Assembly (NCBI GenBank): GCA_043228905.1
Contig: JBHGNT010000005.1
Location: forward strand, 14,136,001-14,200,000
Reading direction: 5' to 3'
Length of the DNA: 64,000 nt
Source of the DNA: Azolla caroliniana
Lineage: Eukaryota > Plantae > Polypodiophyta
A program made the position numbers and the translations under genes. Numbering within the stretch: the first letter of the stretch is position 1; each line of letters starts with the position of its first letter. Under the pieces are notes generated by a model. It ran no database searches. It was not told where the DNA came from and saw only the letters and a list, made by a program, of their open reading frames with translations. Shown piece after piece: positions 23,183-35,324 of the stretch.

Positions 23183-25780
23183 TTAGTTCGGACGGTAAAC
23201 GTTATTCGAATTAGCATAAACGTGAGACATTAATGAATAGGATGCTGAATCGTTCCTATCCAAACACAATGCATGCTTGAAGGCCTCTTTTCCAATGTCC
23301 ACATTTCCCCAGTTTCTACAAGCATTCAGCATGCTATGCCATGTCACAATATTAGGACAAAATGGCATCTTTCTTATCATTGAAAGGGCACCATCTAATT
23401 CACCGATGCGACCAAGGGCATCAACCATACAAATATGATGCTCAATAATCGGCACAATACCATAATCTTTGCTCATGGCTTCGAAATAGCTCTGGCCCTT
23501 TCGAAATAGACCTATACGACTACATGTATTGAGGACAATAATGAAACTCACTAGGTCGGGCTTTATGCCCTCTTCTTGCATTCTACCAAAGATATCGAAG
23601 ACATTTTCACATTCTCCAAGTATTGAATATCCGCTAATCAATGCATTCCACGAGACTATGTCGCGGACAAGAAGTGCGTCAAAAACTTGTTTTGCTATGG
23701 AAAGAGAACCACATTTGGCATACATGTCAACCAATCCATTTCCAACAATAAGATCCTCATCTAATAAACCCTTTTTCATAATCTCGGCATGTATCTGCTG
23801 CCCCTTTACCATGGCTCCCATTGTGCTACAAGCTTTCATACAACAAAGAATGGTGACAGCATTAGGACAACACTTTGTAAGTTGCATCTTATCAAAATAT
23901 TCAAGGGCTTGCTCACTATGACCATGTTCAGCATATCCTGTGATCAATGCATTCCACGAAACTTGGTCCCTAATGGTAAGCTTATTGAATATTTCTTGTG
24001 CTTTCACAAGCAAGCCAGATTTCGCATACATATCAATTAGCGTGCTCCCGATGAATGGGTCTTGATGCAGCAATCCCCGTCTCTCAATCTCTACATGTAT
24101 TTCTTCACCTTTTTCTATAGCTCCTATGTCACTACAAGCTTTCAAACTACAAAGAAATGTGACAATATCTGGGGAAATACCCTCGTGTTGCATGTGTTCA
24201 AGGCATTGAAGAGCTTTATTGGTATGGCCATGTTGGATGTACCGTGCAATCAATACATTCCATGAAACAGCATCTTGAAGTGGAAGCTGATCGAAAACTT
24301 CTTGTGCCTTAGAAAGTAAGCCACATTCTCCATAAACATCAATCAAGGCATTACCAACTAGATTGCTCTCTAGAAATCCCATCCTATTGATCTCAATGTG
24401 TATTTCTATAGCCTTATGCAGATCTCCTATGGTGGCACAAGCTTTCAAGGTGCATGCAAATGTGATGGTATCAGGCAAGACACCTTCTAGTTGCATTAGT
24501 TCGTAACACTCGAGAGCCTCATCTGAATACCCACAATCAACATAACCTATAACTAGCGTATTCCATAAGACTATGTCTCGAACAAAAAGTGTATCAAATA
24601 CTTCATGTGCGTTTGACAGTGAGCCACATTTAGCATACATATCAACAATTGTGCTTCCAATCAATCTATCATGTTCAAGTATCCCCCTTCTAGCAATGTC
24701 ACTATGCAACGCTCTACCCATGTCCAGAGCTCCAATGCTAATGCATGCTTTCAAAACACATATATAAGTAACGGCATTGGGAATAACATGAGATGCCATC
24801 TTTTCGAAACATTCAAGCACTTCTGAATCACAATGATGCTCCACATACCCTGTCATAAGTGCATTCCATAATGCCACATCTCGGATAGACGCCTTATCAA
24901 ACACTTCTCGTGCTTTGCCAATCAAGCCACATTTAGCATACATATCAACCAATGCACAACTAAGAAAAACATTTCCTCCTAGACGCCCACTTTTCTCAAT
25001 TTCAACATGTATTTGTTGAGCCTTGGTGCTTGCTCGTATGCTCTCACAAGCTTTTAAGGCAGAGACGTATGTGAAAGCATCAGGAGAGATACCTTCGAGT
25101 TGCATTTGCAAGAAGATTTTCAATGCATCCTCACCATATCCACATCCAACGTACCCCTCGATTAACATCGTCCAAGTAACTGAGTCTCGGATAGAGAGAC
25201 GATCAAATACATTTTGTGCTTCCAAAATCCATCCACATTTAGCATACATCTCCACAATAGCACTCGCAACAAAATGGTCTCTCTCAAACCATCTCGATAA
25301 AACACATTGTACATGTATAGGAAGACCTCTTTTGAGATCTTTAGCAACAATACATGCCTTAATCAAAGGCAAAAAAGTATGACCATTTGGACAAATAAAA
25401 ATATCATCTCTTAACATAAGATCATAAACAAAGAAAGCTTGATCTATGCTCCCACATTTACTATATCCTTTGATAAGTGAATTCCAACATAGTTCATTGG
25501 GACGAACCAACTTACCAAAAACTTGAAGAGCATATTGAATGAATCCAAGATCAATCATCATAGATATGATCTGGTTCCCAAAGGATGAATACACATCTAA
25601 GCCTCTTCTGCAGAGGTAAGAATGGAGGCGAAACACGAGCTTTCGGTCTCTTTGTTCTCTGCAGAGAAAAATAAGGCTTACCAGAGCATCCATGGAACAG
25701 TGATGATGGTGGTAGTGACAGTCTACTAGAGGGGATATTTCTGCTTCTAGAGAAGCGAGAAACTCCCTGCATTTCATCAT
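23183..25780 (-). CDS. PLS-class pentatricopeptide repeat protein, E subgroup, lacking DYW; probable organellar RNA-editing specificity factor
   Basis: About 7 P-L-S triplets (MYAKCG...A..VFD...D.V.WN.LI.GY), then P2/L2/S2 (YGIVPIIEHHICMVDALGR), E1 (MPFCPNIVTWHSMLNACR) and a truncated E2. Intact 865-aa ORF. Confidence 0.95.
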   Translation of the reverse strand: MMKCREFLASLEAEISPLVDCHYHHHHCSMDALVSLIFLCREQRDRKLVFRLHSYLCRRGLDVYSSFGNQIISMMIDLGFIQYALQVFGKLVRPNELCWNSLIKGYSKCGSIDQAFFVYDLMLRDDIFICPNGHTFLPLIKACIVAKDLKRGLPIHVQCVLSRWFERDHFVASAIVEMYAKCGWILEAQNVFDRLSIRDSVTWTMLIEGYVGCGYGEDALKIFLQMQLEGISPDAFTYVSALKACESIRASTKAQQIHVEIEKSGRLGGNVFLSCALVDMYAKCGLIGKAREVFDKASIRDVALWNALMTGYVEHHCDSEVLECFEKMASHVIPNAVTYICVLKACISIGALDMGRALHSDIARRGILEHDRLIGSTIVDMYAKCGSLSNAHEVFDTLFVRDIVLWNTLVIGYVDCGYSDEALECYELMQLEGVLPDTITFACTLKACATIGDLHKAIEIHIEINRMGFLESNLVGNALIDVYGECGLLSKAQEVFDQLPLQDAVSWNVLIARYIQHGHTNKALQCLEHMQHEGISPDIVTFLCSLKACSDIGAIEKGEEIHVEIERRGLLHQDPFIGSTLIDMYAKSGLLVKAQEIFNKLTIRDQVSWNALITGYAEHGHSEQALEYFDKMQLTKCCPNAVTILCCMKACSTMGAMVKGQQIHAEIMKKGLLDEDLIVGNGLVDMYAKCGSLSIAKQVFDALLVRDIVSWNALISGYSILGECENVFDIFGRMQEEGIKPDLVSFIIVLNTCSRIGLFRKGQSYFEAMSKDYGIVPIIEHHICMVDALGRIGELDGALSMIRKMPFCPNIVTWHSMLNACRNWGNVDIGKEAFKHALCLDRNDSASYSLMSHVYANSNNVYRPN

Positions 25781-25798
25781 TTAGATATCTGTTTACTT

Positions 25799-25914
25799 CT
25801 GATACAGCCATGGACTCTGTTTTGTTCTACTCTATTCTGCCTTGTTCTGATACAGTGGCCATGGACTCTATTTTGTTCTACTCTATTCTGCCTTGTTCTG
25901 GTACAGTGGCCATG
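25799..25914. repeat. ~52-bp tandem repeat (~2.3 copies) immediately upstream of the PPR start
   Basis: CCATGGACTCT(G/A)TTTTGTTCTACTCTATTCTGCCTTGTTCTG(A/G)TACAGTGG is repeated. Confidence 0.85.
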
Positions 25915-26313
25915 AACGTCTAAGATGATGTGTAGTGTCTAATGCTGGGTATAATACATACATACATACATACATACATATGATTGATCGATTTCTTCCT
26001 GCCCACAAATGTACTTTGTGTGTGTGATCTGACCCTCGATAGAGAGAGAGTGTGTGTGTGAGAGAGAGAGGGAGAGTGTGAGTGACTGATCGTGAATCTG
26101 ATATACTTCACCGATCACCTGTGCTTGCGACTCGAGCTGCGAAACTCGACGATTGCCTATTGCATGTGGCGCTTCTACAGTACATTGGCTTTGTCATTTG
26201 ACTACTTCAACTAGGATATTTTCGTTGATAAGTTTCGTCAAATCATATTGTTTTGTTTTACCAACCTTTTGCATCTCTTCAAAGAATTTGAGTGCTATGC
26301 TATAAAGCACATT

Positions 26314-26401
26314 TGAAAAGAGTTAGATGCGGAAGCTAGTACACAAGACACATCTGACTTTGTTGGACACCTGGACATAGTTAGGTTTACACAAAGAAAG
26401 T

Positions 26402-26435
<34 letters not shown>

Positions 26436-26756
26436 AGTGAGCAAACAACAAACTTATTATTCAAAATAATAGTTCTCAATGCATACAAATGTGCTTACAG
26501 AGCACTTTATATACAAGCCCTGACAACGGGCTGTTACAAGTACTAACACATACTGGAATACTCATAAATGAGCAGCTGACATTGACTCCCAAAAATATTC
26601 CTACTTCTAAAATAGGAGTATGGGCCTCAAACGGCCTGTCGGTTCCTAGTTGATCTGGCTGTCAGCTTCTTCAGCCGATTCGGCTATTAGCTTTTCAATC
26701 GATCTAGCCTTCTGGCCTTTAGCTGATCCGGTCCATGTTGAGCTTGTCTCTCAAAA
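26314..26756 (-). mobile_element. Solo copia LTR with TSD ACATT
   Basis: ACATT on both flanks. Shares GTTGAGCTTG, a TATA block (GCACTTTATATACAAG) and the CTTTTCA end with the 15678/28455 LTR family. Confidence 0.78.
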
Positions 26757-28546
26757 ACATTCTTGGATCTTATCATTGATTTTCACAATTATGATTTTCT
26801 TGCGAATTAGGTTAGGAAACTAACACTACATTATGATTATCTCATGCATGTGCAATTGATTAAGTTATCATTAGGTCATAATAGCATACTATGATTCCGT
26901 TGACATGGCGGTTGATTATTACCAAGCATTATGTTGTTATTTCCATGGTGGTTATTGACCTACAAACATAGTGGATTAAGACCTAAATGTATTAGATTAG
27001 ATAATGTCCAAGAGAGTACTTTGTATCCCTTTCATCGCCACTACAACTAGTTAGTTATGGTATGTTCCAATTTAAGAATCTCATAATGTCAAATCACATT
27101 ATGGAAAGTGGGTGGGTTCCCACGTGAGAAAATGTACCCGAGTTTCTTGTAATATAAATATGTTATTGAAAATGATAGTGCACTCTTCCCTAAATGGGAA
27201 ACATTTAAAAAACCTTATTGTGGATCTATAAGCCAAGATCTTCTGATTCTAACCGGAATTCTTTATTGCAAGGAGCGGGAAAGGGATGCATTGCTCAATT
27301 TTTGCAAGAACATTACATTCTTAACATATTGTCTCATGGTTAGCCTCTTCATTTTTTATTATCATGGGGGTGTTAAGGAGTAATTTCTTGCATAGTTGTT
27401 GATTTTTTAGTGAATGAAAAATAATATGTATACGAGTTTCCTAAATAAATATCAATATCCACATGTGTAGCTTCTATATATTTGCGTTTCTTTGTAGTAC
27501 CATTCTTTTGCCTTGAAATTTTTACATTTGTGAAAGCTGGCCAATAATAAAGTTGGGACTAGAATGTTAGAAGTTACTAAATCATAACTAGTATATATGG
27601 GTTTAGTGGTACTAATGATTGTTTTGGACCGATGCAACAATGCTTATATCATCAAGCGGGGAGCGTTTTGTCAGTTGAACTCAAATGATCTCACGTAGGG
27701 TAGACACGTTGCTCTATATTATCTAGGATAAGATAATGATTAGTGAACTCTCTATGTCCATATGTACATGGGGTGTCTTAAAGCCCATATGGTTGCATCA
27801 TACATAAGGCTAGGGAGGAAGTGTGCCAAACGTTAAGGATAGCCAAAGCTACATATCCTTAAGTGAGGCTATCCATGGCGGCATGGTCATAGAGAAATGC
27901 CCAGTTATGCTTCTAACTTTGGCCCATAGATATAAACAACCCACCACGTCAACATACCCTCTTGATAGGTCGAAGACAACTTATTAGAAAGACAATGTGG
28001 ATGCATGGGCGTTCATGGCCTTAGTATTTACAAGGTTTACTGTGAACTCTTTTTCACAAGGAATACCATAAAGGTTATTGAGATGATATTGTATACTTGC
28101 ACGAGATTTAGACACCAAGATTATATTAACATAAAATCTAACCATCTCCAACTTGCTACCTCATCTATGTAGAGGCCAAAGCAAGTCGGGGAGGGAGAAC
28201 ATATTTGTTTCATAGAATGCTACCTCATCTTGTGCTAAAAGCAAGTTGGGGAGGGAGAGCATATTTGTTTCACAAGATGAGGTTCTCTATCTATGTTGCT
28301 ACCTCATCTTGTGCTATAAGTTTTTGGTATGTGCTAAAACAATAAAATTTCAGCATGTTTTGGTTGACATTATCGCTCGTAGGAAAGTGGCCGGTTAAAA
28401 TTTTTAATGTCTAGTTAGGATCTAAAGAAGCAAGAAAATTTTCGGTAGGGATTATGTTGAGATACAAGCTCAACATTGGCCGGATTGGCTGTGCAAGCCG
28501 AGAACCAGATCTGTTGGGACCTCTCGGTTAGGCCGGACCAATGCGT

Positions 28547-29275
28547 TGTCGTGCCTTTCGGCTCCGGATCGTTGCGTGAGTCGGGTGGGAACCGCTGGGG
28601 TTTTGGACTAGGAAGAGGAGAGTTTTAAGGCTAATAAGAATATAAATATGTTGTAAGAAAGAGTTATAGCAAACTCGTGAATCCCACGAGTGTATTGTAT
28701 TAGATTAATCAATATGAATATAAGAATATAAACTTCGGTTGAAAGAGAATGATATAGAATTCTCGTGAATCCCACGAGTATAATTTATTAATTGGTGTTT
28801 TTTAGAAACATATCTAGTTTCCAAATATTTTTCACACACAATTACATTGTGCTCCCCATCCTTATGTAGTGATGAGGAAGTCTTAGTAATCCATGCTTTT
28901 TCTCTAACTATAGACCCCATGCTTTTCCTATAGATAGACTATATGCTTTATCTAAAGTGATCATGCTTTTTTCTAACTTGTGCGTTTTTTTATCATGCAC
29001 GCTAGATGTGTATGTGTAGCTTTTTCTTTTGTTATGCGTTTTTCTAATGTTTATCCTAGCATGAATTTACCTTTCTATGTGGGACATCTATGCTTTAACA
29101 CTAATGAAATGCTAGTGTAATGGTAAGACATTACATTATTAACATGGAGGTGCAAGGTTCGAATCTTGCCCTATGCATGTTCCATTTATTTTGCTATTTT
29201 CTTCTATTTCTTCATTTTTTATTGAATCTAATACTATATACGTTTTTCACGTAGTGTACAAAATACACTACGACA
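28547..29275 (-). mobile_element. Solo LTR (729 bp) of the gag-only element family at 38305-41824, with 4-bp TSD GCGT
   Basis: Near-identical to 38305-39033 and 41096-41824; TGTCGTG...TACGACA ends; GCGT on both flanks. Confidence 0.95.
29108..29195 (+). promoter_or_regulatory. tRNA-like A/B boxes and T-run terminators in the LTR (also at ~38866-38953 and ~41657-41744)
   Basis: TAGTGTAATGGT at 29113; GCAAG-GTTCGAAT-CTTGC hairpin with T54 at 29158; TTTT runs follow at ~29189. Confidence 0.6.
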
Positions 29276-31355
29276 GCGTAAAACAGATACGTAAACCAGT
29301 ACGCAAACCGGTGCGTAACGAGAGGCCGTATCGGTGCGTAAATCGAAAGGCCGTTAGAGAGATATTCCTCGTAAGGAATAATTTTGGGAGTGAGTGTTGA
29401 GGCTGATTTATGAGCAGTCAAGTACTGTCAGTACTTGTGTCAGCCTGATTGTCAAGGCTTGTATAAAAGGTGCTCACTGAGCACGGTGTATATACAGTGA
29501 CAAAGTATTATTTTTGAATTAAGTTTTTTGTGTGCTCTCTCTCTCTCTCTCTCTCTCTCCAGCGTACTATGTATACTCAAGCTCTCCATTAAACCTGCGT
29601 ATTTTCTGTGTGTTTGGTTTTCTATTGCTTCCGCACATAATCTTTTTCAGATTACAAACTTGCCCAACATTGGTTCTATCCCCTTTTTGTAGATTAGTTG
29701 CTTCGTGTTCCTTGTTGGTGCGCACTTCTTCACGACAAGTGTGCCACGTGACATCTGCTTAACTGATTGCTTGTCTTTCTAGAGGAAAATTTTGTGGGTT
29801 CTATGTACATATATATCTTCAATTGTAATGAGGGGATACATATGTGAAAGAGAACCATAACACACAATCTTTCTGGCAAGAGATAGCTCATATAAATTCC
29901 TGCAATGCATAGACAAGTAATAAGAGTTAAGTTCCCATGACTTTCAACATGTCTCCCTTTTAGATTTCCCTAAAATTTAGAACATGCAAATTCTTTTTCT
30001 TGTGTTTGAAGAGGTTGTTGAGTAAATTCCCCTTTTTATTGTTGAGAGAGAGAGAGAAAGAGAGAGTCCCATGTAGTTAATGGGTGACTACAATCCATTG
30101 TGACACTCATTATAAATGATGTTTTTCGCACAAATTATTGAATGAAAAAGAGAGTGAATATATGCATATGTTATGGTCTAGAAGAGAGAGGGAGAGTGAC
30201 TAATATAATTGGCCTGTGTTGCCATGTTAATCAATTATATCTAATAATCAATAGACATACTTTTTGGGTCATCTCCGTGTAACACGTTCGCGTTCACAAG
30301 TGGAAGGATCGTGCATTACCCTTGTTACAGATTCTTCTTGAAAATATCCAAATATACCCTCTCTACAAAAATTGGATGCACCAGTATCACATGTTCTACA
30401 ACTTGATTACAATTTGCAAAATTAAAAAAGCATGATAGGTCTCTAAGTGGAGAACATTAGAAATTCAATTAATTTTGGATGTGTTGATAAGTTAATGCCA
30501 TTATAATAAAGTTCAACAATGGCTCAATATGACACTAGTGCGCGACATGGCAAACACTTAGTTAAAGACTTATATATTTTTGGTATGTTTTGCAAAAATA
30601 TGAGGTGTACTTGTAACCATAGTAATAAAATGAGTTATAATTTATACTTTGACCCATACTCGTATGTATATAATTGTGGACAATGTAAGGTAGTGAACTT
30701 TAGGATAATGTGATTGAAATAACAAACCTATTAAGGCTTTCAATACTTGTATTTAAAGTTAATCTAATTTATTTCGTAGGTGATGAACATGGGATCAAAC
30801 TCCGAACGATAACGTTAGTGGAGCTACAAGCGTATAAAAACATGTGGATATTGTTGAGAGGTGTGCTCCAAGGTGGTGCAACTAATGGGACAACGTGGCA
30901 TCGACCATTATCAACACACTACACAATGTAAGCACCAATGGAAGACAAACATCATAGTTTGATAATTAAGAACACACTTCACATTATAGGTAGCAATAGA
31001 AGACAATGATCTATAATATATGGACTATAATAGTACATATTAGACACGGTATGACAGTCTTGACAATTGATCCCAATTAACGAGATGGACAGTCATGGTG
31101 ACAATTGTACGAGCATATTATATATAGTTAAAGTTTACCGATATCAGCTTGAACGTAAACTAATTCATGTTTCTCCATATTTACAGTCAGCAATACATGC
31201 GATGAAACCGATGTCATAAATCAACAAATCAAGTATATAGAAATAAAATTGAAACATATAGAAGAATATAAAGAAGGAAGTACACCAAGTAGAACCCAAA
31301 ATTTGTATTAGTAATTTGAATTCGTAACATTACACTTCCTCAACAAAAGAGTCAA

Positions 31356-34300
31356 TCACATAGCAATCAAATCGTCAACGTCATTATCTTCTTCATCCCT
31401 TATAGAAGTCTCTTCGGCTATAAGCGCATTGTCTTCCCCTGTTAGCCGATCCACTGTAAGATCTTCAATAAGCTCATCATCAAGCTCAATTAGCTCCCCG
31501 GGTTCACCGGCTAACGGAGGAATAGGCTCTCGTGAAGTAGGTTGAAACCTTTTAGTATCAGCGATGTGCTTTGCACCGACCTCCTCGTCCTAGTCCGGGC
31601 ATTCCCACAAGGCCTTGATCCTCATATTTATAAATATAACCTGCTTCTCGTCCTTCTCCAATGCAACAATGTTTCGGAAGAGCTTCAATGCACATGTAGA
31701 TGTTGTCCCTGTGAAGAACACGACAAGAAGAATTAGTTTTCAAACAAAAAAGAATCGGTATTGATTATCTCAACAATGTAATCCTAGTTCGAGGAATACT
31801 TGTGCTAGAAAACAAGTCTAATATCCAATCTCCTTCTATAGAGAACATTTCGATCAGGCACATCATAAGTCGTTGAGGTTTTTGGTAAGGGTTGACAAGT
31901 CCCCTTTCTATCGTGGTGACATGTCGCAATTTCCGTGTCACTGCTGGATATACCAGTAGAATTGAACCTCCGACTTCATTAGAATGCTCCTTGATTCTTT
32001 GTTTCTTTATTTCATCGAAGTAGCCAACCGTAATTTACTCAATAGCATTTACGAAACGAAAGGTTGGCCCTCTATTGACATTGGTTTTTATCCTATAACA
32101 AATATTGTATCGAGTTAAGAATAGATTCAATAAATTAAGAAAGGAAGAATAGTGAATGAAACTTATAAATAATCCTTACCAAGCAAGGTTTTCGATGCCA
32201 TGGCAACGAGATGTCAAAGCTTGAGCTATCGAGTACCCTTGGTCGATACTATGAAAGACAACTATCCTCCACAAGGATGCAGTCGTCAACTTAGCTAAAT
32301 CCTTGACCATTTTCTCTAATTGTTTGAACCTAAAAGGTTCATCGTCGTATGATGACCTTGCCATTTGAAATCCGTATGGAATATCTGCAAACATTAGCGT
32401 ATATTCTTTCTTTGGTATTTTCTGGATCATGTCAAGGACATCGCCACAAATTAGATTATAGTAAAGTTCTTTGGTAATGTCTTTCTTGTGGCTAAATTTT
32501 TTGAGAGAGCCATCTTCTTCAATTTCATATGCCTTGACTAAGCGATGATCCTTTTCCTTTCTAGCTCTCTCGAGATGTACAAGGAAGGATGTTGCGAAAT
32601 CGTGTATACCCTTGAATTCTCCTGGTTTCTTGCCATGACATGGTTTCTAATAGAGGCAATAAGACATCGAGTATTATTACACAACCTCTACATAGAAAGA
32701 AAACTTTATTAAAAATACCAATACTAACCCAATCCTTGAATGCAATAAAATACTCGGATAACACCTTATATGAAGACGTTACAGGGTAATCCTCGGTCAC
32801 TTGTTCCCAATTTATACATTAACTTCTTGGATCTTCATATACACCTTATGATTGTGAAATCACAAATAGAGATTAGAACTTTATAAAAAACCATATTTGT
32901 TTCAATTAGCTATTTGAGAAGACTTATTGAACTCAGTGACCATTTCTTCAAGGCTTAATTCTTCTTGGATCTTCATATACACCGTATGATTGTGAAATCA
33001 CAAATAAAGATTAGAACTTTATAAAAAACCATATTTGTTTCAATTAGCTATTTGAGAAGACTTATTGAACTCAGTGACCATTTCTTCAAGGCTTAATTCT
33101 TTCGCCACAACCCTTGACAAAACAAACACCAGAAGTTGCTCCTCCTTAATGCCTTGCATTGCTCTCCACAGAGACAACTTCATGTTGTCGGCTGCTTCTT
33201 CAATAGTCAAATCAATTTTCTTCGCCACTTGTGACTTTAATTCAAGTTGGGGGTCTACCTTACATTTCTATTTTCTTTGACCCTTGACCTCCTTATTCTC
33301 CCACATCGAAAAAAATTGAGCTTGTAGGTCCCACACTTCTCCATCTCTAAAGGAAAGTTGAAACCATGACTCATATTTATGAAGACCATGTGACTTAACA
33401 TTATCATCCACCACAAGGACAACCTCATGAAAGCATTGACATCGTAAGCCGGGTTGTAGCTTTACACCGAACTTTTGTTTGACATCGAGGTATTCATGGT
33501 GGAAGAACCTTATCCGTTCGATGGATGACATTTTCTGCCTCTAGTCATTGTCATTGTTGTCCCATGCCAAGAGATTTGCCTCTTCAGGTGTGAGGCCCAC
33601 GTATATTTTGCACTTGGCATACTTGAAGAAGAAAGTGGTTGGGTGCTCTCTAACAAGTTGCCGACGTACTTCAACCGAATGTGATCCACCAATTACAAAG
33701 TAATTGTATTGATCATGCTTCCTCACGTAAAAGTCCTCAGTTGTGGAACATTCTTCGAGATCCACCATTACAATAAAAGGCATAACTGTAGCATGTAGAT
33801 TTATTTTCATTTTTTTCTTGAGATTTTGAACATGCATTCGGTGAGGCTCTCTGATCTCAAGTGGTCTTCGTCTTGTTTTCACATCTACTGGTGGCCTATG
33901 AATGTGTGTTATAGGCAAATTGAAGACTTGCCCTTTTCTCACCAGTTTTCGCTGCATTAACTCTCTGTGAATCTTATTTTGAGGCCTTTTTGGGGCCTTT
34001 ACCGGGGATGACGAGGCATCCCTTAGAGTTATGTAGCCTTGTATATATGGTCTGAAGGTTACAATTAGATTTTGTGAACTCTCAAGATCAAGTTTAAAAT
34101 ATTCAGGCCCACAATACTTCTTGATAAGCCGATCTTCCGAGAGGTACACTCTATGTACTACCTTAGAGCAGTCTATCATGACAAGAATGTTGATGGAATC
34201 AGAATCTTCATAGTCAAATCATAAAATACGGCCATACATAAAAGGAGTGTCTTCTTCAAGGTGACCATCGCCCTTCTTCTTTACAGTATACAACATGACT

Positions 34301-34520
34301 TTCTTCTTCGAATTGACGTACCGCATACACCATTCATTGTCCGTTAGGTCACGATCAAGAAGGTCCTCATCACCAGGAGCTGCTAACATCTTTTTCTAGC
34401 AAACTTCATCAGATGGTTGAGATTTAGTCTCCGCATTCAAGAGAAGCTTCTTTTCTCTCTTCACGTTCTGGGTAACTACTTGTTTCTTGGTCTCTACCGG
34501 AGATCCCTGATATCAGGTGG
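31356..34520 (-). pseudogene. Spliced gene, degenerate: ParB/Srx-like domain plus beta-class N6-adenine/N4-cytosine DNA methyltransferase (copy 1)
   Basis: ParB-like LPITHIHRPP...IREP...PFIVMVD...YFVIGGSHS...GLTPEEANLLA...RQKMSSIE. MTase LICGDVLDMIQKIPKKEYTLMFADIPY (DIPY at 32374-32385), then W|IKTN, VNPYQKPQRLMMCLIEMFSIEGDWILDLFS, GTTSTCALKLFRNIVALEKD. GT-AG introns and several in-frame stops. The 5' end is approximate. Confidence 0.85.
32823..33100. repeat. ~137-bp tandem duplication across an exon-intron junction of MTase copy 1
   Basis: CTTCTTGGATCTTCATATACACC...GACCATTTCTTCAAGGCTTAATTCTT appears twice; it is absent from copy 2. Confidence 0.85.
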
Positions 34521-34944
34521 AAAATATATGTTAGTTGGGTCCTCAGATTTTGGCTACCTAACAAAATTACCATAGGTAGACTAAGACCAACACTTGCAAA
34601 TGACTTGTGTCAGTCCCTTTATTTCAATTAATGTTAGAGGTAAAAACCATAGACCTTTATTGTAGATGTAATTTGTTACAACCTATTTAACTCGGAAAAT
34701 TATAATTCTTAAGAATTTTGCTAGGACATATTTCATATCCAACAGTAGGTAAGGTCACATTGATATCATAACCCTAATTTGTGTGATATTTTCTAGTCTT
34801 TTAATCAACTTTAGGTCAAGTTCCCTATTTCACCAATGGTGCTAAATGTTACAAAATCAAGCAATTTTTTTTAAAAATGTCTTAATTTTCCATTCAAATT
34901 GGTGTTTGGACACACACATGCCAATATTTTTCTGAAAACACACT

Positions 34945-35324
34945 ATTTCAATACGGTGTATCCAGTTTCTGTTTAAAGTAGGGGTTTTGAATAAGAACTT
35001 GATACGCCGTATCGAGTTCCTGTTTAAAAGCCTCTATTATCAACATGACCTTGATATGTATCGAGTTCCTGATCCGAGGGAGTCTTTTAAACAGGAACTC
35101 GATACAGTGTATCGAGTTCGTGTTGCAAACACCCACTTTACTCTGGAACTTGATACACCTTATCGAGTTCCAGAGTAAAGTGGGTGTTTTCAACACGAAC
35201 TCGATATGCCATATCGATTTCCTGTTTAAAAGACTCCCTCGGATCAGGAACTCGATACATCGTATCGAGATCATGTTGATAATAGAGGCTTTTAAATAGG
35301 AACTCGATACGGCGTATCGAGATC
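34945..35324. repeat. Array of 8 palindromic 25-bp sites GAACTCGATAC-NNN-GTATCGAGTTC at ~51-bp period; the whole array is a ~330-bp inverted repeat
   Basis: Copies at ~34945 (degenerate), 34995, 35047, 35095, 35146, 35197, 35248 and 35300. Spacers mirror each other around 35158. Confidence 0.92.

Larger units (their letters stand above)
28455..29649 (+). mobile_element. Solo copia LTR with TSD GATTA, containing a nested solo LTR
   Basis: TGTTGAGATACAAGCTCAAC...CTTTTTCA, with GATTA on both sides. Has TTGTATAAAAG-GTGCTCACTGAGCAC as in the 15678 LTR. Confidence 0.85.

Noticed and set aside
26760-28450. Possible old TE or gene remnant
   Set aside because: No recognisable motifs, termini or ORF, only a small local duplication near 28155-28315.
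29105-29180. Functional tRNA gene (possible TTA suppressor anticodon)
   Set aside because: There is no proper acceptor stem, the D and anticodon stems are imperfect, and it lies within an LTR. Only the promoter boxes are supported.
28512-29669. Alternative LTR ends TGTTGGG...CCCAACA
   Set aside because: No TSD; 28455-29649 has TSD GATTA and matches the family termini.
31356-34520. Bacterial contamination or an intact prophage/restriction-modification system as the source of the MTase
   Set aside because: The gene has spliceosomal-type introns, sits in a TIR element with a TSD, is nested with plant LTR elements, and has no restriction enzyme or phage genes nearby.
34945-35324. CRISPR array (palindromic repeats with ~26-bp spacers)
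   Set aside because: The context is eukaryotic with no cas genes. The spacers are reverse complements of each other and share sub-motifs (TGTTTAAAAG), which indicates duplication and inversion rather than spacer acquisition.
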